Shown: positions 27,355 to 35,742 of the stretch, piece after piece
How the letters are laid out: every line of letters starts with the position of its first letter
Position numbering within the stretch: the first letter of the stretch is position 1
DNA from: a bacterium
GTDB lineage: Bacteria; Bacteroidota; Ignavibacteria; UBA10030
DNA length: 39,050 nucleotides
Assembly (NCBI GenBank): GCA_043803945.1
Contig: JAZDJN010000007.1
Location: 1 to 39,050, forward strand
Reading direction: 5' to 3'
The notes under the pieces: generated by a model
The model's input: the letters and a program-made list of their open reading frames with translations, nothing else
Told to the model about the DNA's origin: nothing
Databases searched by the model: none
Made by a program: the position numbers and the translations under genes

Positions 27355-29412
27355 ATGAATAAAACTACGACACACACGATCATGCTTTACTCCCGCATTG
27401 CCTCTCTCGACAATCTCACCGATGGTTGGCACAAGGTCGAGGATAACGATGGCGCTGCCGGCGTTGACGGCGTTTCTATTCTTGACTTCAGATCGAGCGT
27501 TCATGAACGATTGCAGGCATTGCACGATCTGTTGGAAGAAAAGAACTATGTGCCCCAACCACTGCTGACATTCTCCAAACCAAAACTAAGCGGCGGCGTG
27601 CGGATCCTCTCCATTCCAACGGTAACAGACCGTATTGTGCAGGCATCGGCGCTGCTTGTGCTCAATCCCCTCATTGATCCATTGTTTTCCGATGCAAGCT
27701 TTGCCTTTCGCAAAGGCATCTCGCGGCTTGATGCGGCAGACCAGATAGACGCACTACGCGAGGAAGGGTACCGTTATGTCGTTGATGCCGATATTGAGCA
27801 GTTCTTCGATACTGTCGATCATACCGTGCTGTTGAAGCGTTGTGCACAGGTGATCCCTGATCCCGACGTGGTGCATCTGATCAAACTATGGATAGAGTCG
27901 GATGCGCTGATTGAGGGTGTTCGCACTAAACGAATACAAGGTTTACCGCAGGGCGCGGTGATTTCTCCACTGCTCGCAAATCTGTACCTCGATCAGTTTG
28001 ACGACATGCTGGAAGCGAAAGGGAACAAGCTCATCCGGTTTGCCGACGACTTTGTCATTCTTTGCAAAACACAACCGCAGGCGGAACACGCTTTGGAGCT
28101 GACTGAGGACATTCTTGCGACATTGAAGCTGAAACTGCATGCCGAGAAAACGCGCATCACCTCATTCGATGAAGGCTTCAGATACTTAGGCTATCTCTTC
28201 GTTAAAAGTCTTGTTCTTCCCTCTAAAAAGCCTTCTACAGCCGATCAGGATACAATGTTAAAACTCGTACAATCGGCAAGGGAGATTATTGAAAAGGAAA
28301 TGCAAAAATCGGGTGTTGTGCCGGTTGAGCCCGCGACACCGGCGGAGGAGGGAGGCTCCACGGCACGGCAAACGCGTGAAGGTGCACAAGCGTACTCTCC
28401 TTTTCTCCGCACGCTCTATATACAGGAACAAGGCTCCACCTTGCGGCGCGAGAGCGAACGGCTGATCGTTCAGAGCGGGGAAAAGGAAGTGCTGGATGTG
28501 CAGGCAATTAAGGTGGAGCAAATCTTCATCTTTGGCGCTTGCATGATCACCCCTGCTGCCATGCGCTTCTGCTTAATACGGGAGATTCCCATTACGCTGC
28601 TTTCGAATATCGGAGAGTATTACGGTCGGATTGAAGCGACAACGGAGGACCATTCGTTATTACAGCGGATGCAAGCGCTGCGTGTGTTAGATAACGAGTT
28701 TGTTCTCGTAACGGCAAAAGCAATTGTGCGGGGTAAGATTGAAAACTCCATCGATCTTTTACAGCGTCAGCATCGAAAGTCGCATCGTATTGTGCTGACC
28801 GAAGCGATAAAGGCTCTTCGATCGCACCAGAGCAAGCTGCTCGATGCAACGAAACTCGATCAGGTGCTCGGCTATGAGGGAGCCGCTGCCGCACGGTACT
28901 TCGATTCATTCAGCAGCATGTTACTGAACTCCGATTTTCATTTTACAAAGCGCACGCGCCAGCCCCCGCAAGACAGGATGAACAGCCTGCTCAGCTTTTT
29001 CTATACACTCTTGTTTTATAATGTGTATTCACTTGTTCAAGCATATGGATTAAATCCATTTTGGGGGATTCTGCATCGCGATAAACACAATCATCCCGCG
29101 CTCGTGAGCGATCTTGTAGAGGAATATCGCTGTGTGGTAGAATCCGCAGCCATCTATATGGTGAACAATAAAATGCTCCGTGCTCACGATTTTTATGAAA
29201 GCAAAACCTCGAACGTGCCGTTTCTTCTCACAGACGAAGCGCGCCGCAAGGTGCTGCGCGTGTTCGAAGAGACCATGCAGCAAACCACGATGCATACCGA
29301 CTCCGGACGCTCCATGAGCATTCGCCGCTGTATCGAAGCGCAAGTGCGTTTGCTGGGGAAGGTTATTCTCAGCGAACGACCGGCGTATGTTCCTTTCCGC
29401 CGCGGTGGCTGA
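27355..29412 (+). CDS. cas1: Reverse transcriptase-Cas1 fusion
   Basis: Group II-like RT (GAAGVDG, IPTVTDRIVQ, DADIEQFFD, GLPQGAVISPLLANLYL, RFADD, FRYLGY), linker, then Cas1 (LYIQEQG, GYEGAAAARYF, NSLLSF.Y, GILH, ALVSDLVEEYR). Start uncertain (27343, 27355 or 27382). Confidence 0.95.
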   Translation: MNKTTTHTIMLYSRIASLDNLTDGWHKVEDNDGAAGVDGVSILDFRSSVHERLQALHDLLEEKNYVPQPLLTFSKPKLSGGVRILSIPTVTDRIVQASALLVLNPLIDPLFSDASFAFRKGISRLDAADQIDALREEGYRYVVDADIEQFFDTVDHTVLLKRCAQVIPDPDVVHLIKLWIESDALIEGVRTKRIQGLPQGAVISPLLANLYLDQFDDMLEAKGNKLIRFADDFVILCKTQPQAEHALELTEDILATLKLKLHAEKTRITSFDEGFRYLGYLFVKSLVLPSKKPSTADQDTMLKLVQSAREIIEKEMQKSGVVPVEPATPAEEGGSTARQTREGAQAYSPFLRTLYIQEQGSTLRRESERLIVQSGEKEVLDVQAIKVEQIFIFGACMITPAAMRFCLIREIPITLLSNIGEYYGRIEATTEDHSLLQRMQALRVLDNEFVLVTAKAIVRGKIENSIDLLQRQHRKSHRIVLTEAIKALRSHQSKLLDATKLDQVLGYEGAAAARYFDSFSSMLLNSDFHFTKRTRQPPQDRMNSLLSFFYTLLFYNVYSLVQAYGLNPFWGILHRDKHNHPALVSDLVEEYRCVVESAAIYMVNNKMLRAHDFYESKTSNVPFLLTDEARRKVLRVFEETMQQTTMHTDSGRSMSIRRCIEAQVRLLGKVILSERPAYVPFRRGG

Positions 29413-29491
29413 AGCAGAAGGGTTCCTTCAGCCAAGCGTGACACAGGCAGAAGGAACCCTTTTTCATCTTCAAGCAGGAGGGATAATATTT

Positions 29492-29764
29492 ATGTTCTAC
29501 GTTGTTGCCTATGACATCGTGAGCGACAGGCGCCGGACAAAAGTGGCTAAGATCCTTGAGGATTTTGGCACACGGGTGCAGTACAGCGTATTCGAATGCA
29601 ACCTGACTGATGCCGAGCGCAAGCGATTGCAGAAAAAGCTTGCACGGTATGTTGAGACAGGAGATAGCATACGGTACTATATGCTTTGCGCTTCGTGCAA
29701 AGAAAAGGTGGATATCGTGGGCGAGGGAATGCTCACTCGTGATAAAGAGTATTATCTTGCATAA
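29492..29764 (+). CDS. cas2: Cas2
   Basis: RBS AGGAGG; MFYVVAYDIV...RVQYSVFEC...DSIRYYMLC. Confidence 0.95.
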   Translation: MFYVVAYDIVSDRRRTKVAKILEDFGTRVQYSVFECNLTDAERKRLQKKLARYVETGDSIRYYMLCASCKEKVDIVGEGMLTRDKEYYLA

Positions 29765-30008
29765 GGGTGCAGGAATACCCAGGTTGATTATTGTAGAGGC
29801 CCTTGGAGAATCCTGACCATTTGAGGATTATCCGAGACACTTCAAGTACTCACCCCTTTAGAACTCTGCAATCTGTTGTGGCAGAGAGAGTTGTACTTGA
29901 CAAAACCGTGGAAAATGCTTACATAGCAATGGAAAATTTAAAGAACTATGCTACCCCTTAATTCGGCACTTGTAACTTGTTGAGCTGCAAAGGTTTTTTT
30001 GATGGTTG
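29765..30008 (+). promoter_or_regulatory. CRISPR leader with candidate promoter
   Basis: Non-coding region between cas2 and the first repeat; TTGACA at 29897-29902 followed 17 nt later by TACATA. Confidence 0.7.
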
Positions 30009-31699
30009 GTTCTATTTCAATCGGACTAAATTAGAATTGAAACTTTGCCTTTTGATGGAGCTGAATACATCTTCAGCTCCCGAGAGGGGTTCTATTTCAA
30101 TCGGACTAAATTAGAATTGAAACTCTCCTAATAAAAGGTGAGATGAATGGTGGATTTTTAGCGTTCTATTTCAATCGGACTAAATTAGAATTGAAACAAA
30201 AACAAGGAATGCAATTACATAGGCAGTTATAAGAATGTTCTATTTCAATCGGACTAAATTAGAATTGAAACAGTTGCATTAACTCATAGAGCAAGAACTC
30301 AAACAATGTCTGTTCTATTTCAATCGGACTAAATTAGAATTGAAACACATATGGCATATTCAGCAGTTGCATTGATTATCGCGCGTTCTATTTCAATCGG
30401 ACTAAATTAGAATTGAAACCTTTGAGGTCAGACCCTTCTCCTGAATGAGAATGAGATATTTTAGTTCTATTTCAATCGGACTAAATTAGAATTGAAACTA
30501 AATATAGCCTGTCCAGTCTGAGCATCGGCAGTAATCGCGTCGGTTCTATTTCAATCGGACTAAATTAGAATTGAAACTGAATTAAAGCAGAGAGGATAGA
30601 TCTTGATTGTAGAGTGGTTCTATTTCAATCGGACTAAATTAGAATTGAAACTTTGTTATTCTTTTGTCTCCACCCCTCGTTCATCGCGAGTTCTATTTCA
30701 ATCGGACTAAATTAGAATTGAAACTTTTTTTTATCGCCTTTTCTATTTCCTCGAGAAGCCGTTCGTTCTATTTCAATCGGACTAAATTAGAATTGAAACT
30801 CTTCACCATTCATCGAGACTGTGATGTTGATGTTGGGAGGTTCTATTTCAATCGGACTAAATTAGAATTGAAACTCGACGTACTCCCCATATCTTCCGTA
30901 GGGTCATAGAGGATAAGTTCTATTTCAATCGGACTAAATTAGAATTGAAACTTGACTTGCGGGTCCAGCTTCTCGGTAGAACCGTAGTAGCTCGTTCTAT
31001 TTCAATCGGACTAAATTAGAATTGAAACGCATTGCGGTGAGGTATCTGGAAAACTGGGTTGAAATACTGTTCTATTTCAATCGGACTAAATTAGAATTGA
31101 AACTTCTTTCCAGAATTAATACTGCCTTCCCTTGTCTTAAAAAGTTCTATTTCAATCGGACTAAATTAGAATTGAAACCTTTTTACTATTTCTTTCAGAA
31201 CTTCTCTACAAACTTTAGAGTTCTATTTCAATCGGACTAAATTAGAATTGAAACTCTGGAATTCGAGCTCGTGCATCGCCCTGATATATTCAGTTCTATT
31301 TCAATCGGACTAAATTAGAATTGAAACTACATCTTTGCCCAATACGTTTGGATCATGTATAGTTCCGTTCTATTTCAATCGGACTAAATTAGAATTGAAA
31401 CTTGGGAGCAAATGCGCTGGATGTGAATGCTGAGATGACCGTCGTTCTATTTCAATCGGACTAAATTAGAATTGAAACCTTTTTCCCAACTTTCAGATGG
31501 GTAAATACTCCCAGCGTTCTATTTCAATCGGACTAAATTAGAATTGAAACCTCTTTAAAACGTCGCTGGAGCTCATCCTTATCAGAAATGCGTTCTATTT
31601 CAATCGGACTAAATTAGAATTGAAACTTTAAACTAATTGCGTCTTTAAGAGCCGATTCCAAGAGGTTCTATTTCAATCGGACTAAATTAGAATTGAAAC
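30009..31699 (+). CRISPR. CRISPR array: 23 identical 35-nt repeats GTTCTATTTCAATCGGACTAAATTAGAATTGAAAC, 22 spacers of 37-45 nt
   Basis: Counted directly; the 3' ATTGAAAC handle and leader position indicate + strand transcription. Confidence 0.98.
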
Positions 31700-31830
31700 T
31701 CACTTCTCAAATGGTCTTTGCTGAAGAAACATTCTTTACCCGGTTGCTTCACAGCTTTACATCGTTTGCCATTCAGCGTAATCTATACCATAAGGGAGCT
31801 TCAGTAGTCATTCTACCAATCCGCGTTTGA
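31700..31830 (+). pseudogene. Orphan (displaced) 3' fragment of the APC permease gene
   Basis: Encodes TSQMVFAEETFFTRLLHSFTSFAIQRNLYHKGASVVILPIRV*, versus TSQLVFAEETFFTRLLHSFTAFAIQRSLYHKGASVVVLPIRV* at 16818-16946. Confidence 0.93.
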
Positions 31831-31891
31831 TCGGAGATGAGCAAACGAACGGTTACTCTCCTTTGGGAATGATGGAACGAAAAGAAGGAGC

Positions 31892-33721
31892 TCAGGATTT
31901 TAGAGACTTATATCGAGTGTACCATGGATTAGTTTTTTTCCAAAAACCCAGGTGCGTTGTCCATGGAAATATTTGGGTCCGGCGTATTTCGAAGAAGTCA
32001 TCATAGAATGTTATAGGCCCCGAATCCGCCGCCGCAGCAAACGCATATCCCGCCTCTTCCACACTCTGTTTGATTGATGTATTCACTGCTCCGTAGGGAT
32101 ACGCAAACGACAGTACTTCCGTTCCCAGTGTCTGTTCCAATTGATTTTTTGATTGGGTAATCTCTTCCTGGAGTGTCTTCCTATCAACGTATGTGAGATT
32201 GGAGTGTGAGACAGTATGAGAACCGATTTCGATGCCATTCGATGCCAGATCGCGGAGTTGTTCAGAAGAGAGGAGGGGGAGTTGGGGTTCTTCAGGGTCC
32301 CAGATGTTACGTCGTTGTGCAGCGCCGGTCACCACAAAAATAACCGCAGTCGAATTGAATTTTTTCAGCAGTGGCAGAGCGGTGGTATAGTTGTCAAGAA
32401 AGCCATCGTCAAATGTTATGATGAGAGGTTTTAGCGGCAATGAAAATTGCCCTTGGAGGAAAGCAGAATAATTCCGGAACGTGATGGTCGAATAATTTCG
32501 CTTTCGAAGATCATTCAACTGATGTTCGAATTGTTGTGCTGTTATCCAGGTGCCATGAGAAGGTCGTTCTTCGGTATCAGAAATAATCCGGTGGTACATG
32601 AGCACTGGAATGGATCGAGGTGAATGGATCCGAGCAAACTCATGGCGATAGCATACTTCAATGTTCGATGAGATGATTCGTATATCAAACCGTTGAAGAG
32701 CATGATCCCTTAATTTCTTGGCCTGTTCCATTGTCGGAGGTGTATCGAGCAATGATGCCAGATCACTAATCACGCGTTGAGGCTCGGTGGAACACTGCCG
32801 GCCGATGTCCCCGAAATTCGTCGAGGCAACTTCCTGAAAATTCTGCGGAGTGACTGGTCCCAAATAATTGGTTTCGCCGAATGCCACAACAGATTTGTAC
32901 AGCATTATCGATTCCGGTACCACACGGCCGGATCCGATTATGATGTCTGCTGAAGCGATGTACGATGGCAGATCTCGCTGGAATCCTTTGACGATAATCT
33001 TTTCCTGCAGACGATGTTTTGCAGTCTGAATTGAGTGAGCAATGTCATCCGGTATGATCATTCCGCCGATGATGCCGAACACCGCATCAGTTTGCTCCAA
33101 TAATGCCGGCATGACTTCGGAAAGGAGAAATCGGACGACTTCTCCCTTTGGACCTGTCAGTCTCCCAATGAAGAGGATGAGAGGTTTTTTCTCCTCGCAT
33201 CCGAAGAGTTGCACTCTCCTATCTGGGTAGTTGGCTTCTCCAAGAGTATGGAAGGCGATACCATTGGGTATCACCCGGATGATGTTCTCCGGAAATCCGA
33301 GATCGTTCACCAGATGGTCACGAACACTCTCGCACACGGCGATAATGGACTTTCCGTAAATGTTCAGCGTTTTGCTTGAGAGGTGGAGATGTTGCCGCCC
33401 GTGGATGGTCGAGATGAAGGGTGTCCGTGTCTTCTTGGAGGCATAGAAAGAAACCCAACTTGCGGCACGGGAATGCGCATGGATCAAATCAATCCTGTGT
33501 GTATGGATAAGGTGTCGAAGCGATCGGTAATTGTTCCATCGGGATCTGTATGCTCTCTTTCCGATTGGTAACTGTATATAGGTGGCCTGTGTCGGTAGCG
33601 TCAGGTTGTCGGAGGTGATGAAGACGGTATGCCCCCGCTGCAATTGCTGTTCGGCAAGCGTTGTGGCATATGTCTCCGCTCCGGTAACTTCGAACTGTGA
33701 AAGGACGTGCAGGATTCTCAT
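31892..33721 (-). CDS. GT4 glycosyltransferase fused to a NodB-type polysaccharide deacetylase
   Basis: MRILHVLS..TGAE, IHAHSR, VIPNGI, FIGRL; then PVLMYHRI, ITFDDG, EIGSHTVSH, FAYPYG. Confidence 0.88.
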   Translation of the reverse strand: MRILHVLSQFEVTGAETYATTLAEQQLQRGHTVFITSDNLTLPTQATYIQLPIGKRAYRSRWNNYRSLRHLIHTHRIDLIHAHSRAASWVSFYASKKTRTPFISTIHGRQHLHLSSKTLNIYGKSIIAVCESVRDHLVNDLGFPENIIRVIPNGIAFHTLGEANYPDRRVQLFGCEEKKPLILFIGRLTGPKGEVVRFLLSEVMPALLEQTDAVFGIIGGMIIPDDIAHSIQTAKHRLQEKIIVKGFQRDLPSYIASADIIIGSGRVVPESIMLYKSVVAFGETNYLGPVTPQNFQEVASTNFGDIGRQCSTEPQRVISDLASLLDTPPTMEQAKKLRDHALQRFDIRIISSNIEVCYRHEFARIHSPRSIPVLMYHRIISDTEERPSHGTWITAQQFEHQLNDLRKRNYSTITFRNYSAFLQGQFSLPLKPLIITFDDGFLDNYTTALPLLKKFNSTAVIFVVTGAAQRRNIWDPEEPQLPLLSSEQLRDLASNGIEIGSHTVSHSNLTYVDRKTLQEEITQSKNQLEQTLGTEVLSFAYPYGAVNTSIKQSVEEAGYAFAAAADSGPITFYDDFFEIRRTQIFPWTTHLGFWKKTNPWYTRYKSLKS

Positions 33722-33791
33722 AGTGTCTAATCGTTGGTGTAAGTATACAAACAACAGAGGGAAATATCAACGGAAGGTATGTATGGTTAAT

Positions 33792-33819
33792 AAAAAAGCG
33801 AGGGGTATGATCCTCGCTT
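33792..33819 (-). terminator. Rho-independent terminator
   Basis: Minus strand AAGCGAGG-ATCATACC-CCTCGCTT-TTTT downstream of the 122-aa gene. Confidence 0.7.
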
Positions 33820-33848
33820 CATGTGAATATTCGAAGTGAAAAAATGGC

Positions 33849-34217
33849 TTATTTTTCTTTTTTCTTTTCGGCTTTCTTTTCAGTTTTCTTTTCTGCTTTC
33901 ATTCCTTTCTTTCCATCTTTTGAGTTAGAAGCATCTGCAAGACATTTTTCGCACTTTTTACCATCTTTGCATTTCGTGCATTCGGCCTTTGTCGCTTCAG
34001 CTTTCTGATGCTTTTCACACTTTTTACCCTCTTTGCAATCGGGACAGCCGGCTTCTTTTTCTGTTACAGCACAACCCTTGCTGTCTGTGCAAGAAGCACA
34101 ACCAACGTCTTTCTTTTCAGTCGTCGCTGGTTTTTGTACAACTTTCTTCTGCGCAAAAGTTACCTGAGCGCCAACAACAATGCAGATCAGCAGTGCGATG
34201 ATGAAAAATTGTTTCAT
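33849..34217 (-). CDS. Small secreted Cys/Lys-rich protein
   Basis: RBS AAGGAG, signal peptide, three CxxC-x5-C units. Confidence 0.75.
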   Translation of the reverse strand: MKQFFIIALLICIVVGAQVTFAQKKVVQKPATTEKKDVGCASCTDSKGCAVTEKEAGCPDCKEGKKCEKHQKAEATKAECTKCKDGKKCEKCLADASNSKDGKKGMKAEKKTEKKAEKKKEK

Positions 34218-34390
34218 TTCCTTCTCCTTTGTGATAACGTATTTTTTGTGATGTGCTCACGGATTGCCACACATTGAGCCAAACAGTGTTTGTAGAACTT
34301 TGCAGTATTCAAGTGAGCGCTCTGATAACATATACGGTTCTGCATACTCAGAACCGTGTGTCGAAGGCAAACCATGCAAGAAAGCGCAGC

Positions 34391-34612
34391 TTATTTTTTC
34401 TTTAGCTCCTCCTTTTTCGCTTCCTTTTTTACTTCTTGAACTGCCTTTTTAGCTTCTTTCACTTCCTTTTTTTCCTTCGTTGCACCTTTTTTCTCTTTCG
34501 CTGTTTCCTTTACAGCTTCTTTCTTTATTTCTTTTTTCTCCTGAGCAATTGATGTGCTTTGAATCGCTCCGAATGTAAAGAGCGCTATGAGAACGACGAG
34601 AACCTTTTTCAT
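34391..34612 (-). CDS. Small secreted Lys/Glu-rich protein
   Basis: RBS AAGGAG, signal peptide MKKVLVVLIALF...SIA, KKE-rich mature part. Confidence 0.75.
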   Translation of the reverse strand: MKKVLVVLIALFTFGAIQSTSIAQEKKEIKKEAVKETAKEKKGATKEKKEVKEAKKAVQEVKKEAKKEELKKK

Positions 34613-34763
34613 ATGAATTTCTCCTTCTGTGAGTTGTGATTGATTGAATCGCTTAAAGGGAAAAATCCCATTTCGCTGTTATTGAATTTTATAAAGTACC
34701 AGAGTAGAAGACAATATGCGGAAAATTAATATTCATTAATTTCCCATTCAATAACCGTTCCCA

Positions 34764-35510
34764 TTATCGCGCAAAACCCAATGCCTGTGATCCAGCGACC
34801 CAAAGGAGCCAGAGAATACAGGAAGCTGCTACTCCAAATGTTATTGATTTGTTCGAAAGCTTCGCGAGTCCTATTCCAACAATCACCATCTGCCAGATTG
34901 AGAAAATATTTAATGTCGATAGGAGGCGATGGGTTAAATCAAGTGGATTGTAGTTTGCATACACGGCAAGTGCAGCACTGGGACTGGCATAGATGGTATT
35001 CAATCCGATCATCATGAGCACATTCACGATGATGCCAAGGACGCCGATCCATGTTGAGAGGCCGTAAAGTTCTAGGTACTTGCTGTACCCATCAGGTGCT
35101 TTTAATACAAATTTTCCCATCAGCCATAAGAAAAGAGCCGCACCAAAGAAGATTAACGATAAGGTAATCACGATGCCAACAAGGCCGATGGCGAGAAAGA
35201 TGCCGCCCATTTGTGCCATACCTTCCGCCTGCTGATCGGCTTGCGCTTGTGTCATACGGCCGGATTCCACTGATGCCTGGACTGCTTGTTTTTGTGCTTC
35301 CATAAATTGTTCTTTTAACGTCTCATTCGTCATCATCACACTGAATGAGACTCCCGCAAGGATGATAAGAAGAAGGAGTGGAATAAACCAAAGGCCAACG
35401 CGGGAAGCGGTGCCTTTGATTCCTTCGAAGGCATCCTGAGGAGAGGTGAGTACATTGATGACGATATCGCTAAAGGAAGCAGTGGGTTTTTCGGGGGGGA
35501 GCTGTTCCAT
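34764..35510 (-). CDS. YIP1-family membrane protein
   Basis: Start at MEQLPPE after AAGGA; NVLTSPQDAF, five TM helices, LNIFSIWQ..GIGL. Confidence 0.8.
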   Translation of the reverse strand: MEQLPPEKPTASFSDIVINVLTSPQDAFEGIKGTASRVGLWFIPLLLLIILAGVSFSVMMTNETLKEQFMEAQKQAVQASVESGRMTQAQADQQAEGMAQMGGIFLAIGLVGIVITLSLIFFGAALFLWLMGKFVLKAPDGYSKYLELYGLSTWIGVLGIIVNVLMMIGLNTIYASPSAALAVYANYNPLDLTHRLLSTLNIFSIWQMVIVGIGLAKLSNKSITFGVAASCILWLLWVAGSQALGFAR

Positions 35511-35742
35511 ATAGAATTCCTTTCTTAAAATGATGGGAGAATTAAAATTGTGTCGAAATGTATGGACAGATAAGGTAAATTCAAAGTAAAATTTGTTCAT
35601 TGGGGCAGGTTGACATTCGGATGAGAAAAAGATATATTTGCTCTGAAATACACAAAAAATTGAAGAGAGAACCACCCTCCCAAAAGATTCTCTTATCTTG
35701 ATATCGAGCTTTGGGAAAACCTCTGTACATTGCCAGACCATT

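Larger units (their letters stand above)
16816..31699. mobile_element. Putative ~14.9-kb CRISPR-Cas genomic island inserted into the permease 3' end
   Basis: Bounded by two diverged copies of the gene's last 131 nt; contains only cas, accessory and RAYT genes and no integrase. The true left crossover could lie further upstream. Confidence 0.7.

Noticed and set aside
27355-28250. Group II intron or retron
   Set aside because: The RT continues in-frame into Cas1; no maturase/endonuclease domain or intron domain V was recognised.
30664-31240. ORFs inside the CRISPR array
   Set aside because: Translation artefacts of the repeats (FYFNRTKLELK).
30044-31664. Self-targeting spacers within this window
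   Set aside because: No match was noticed by eye; a computational search is needed to exclude one.
16816-31830. Diversity-generating retroelement (RT plus duplicated gene 3' end as VR/TR)
   Set aside because: Mismatches are mostly synonymous third-position changes and not adenine-specific (for example acc/act, tcg/tct), and the RT is fused to Cas1.
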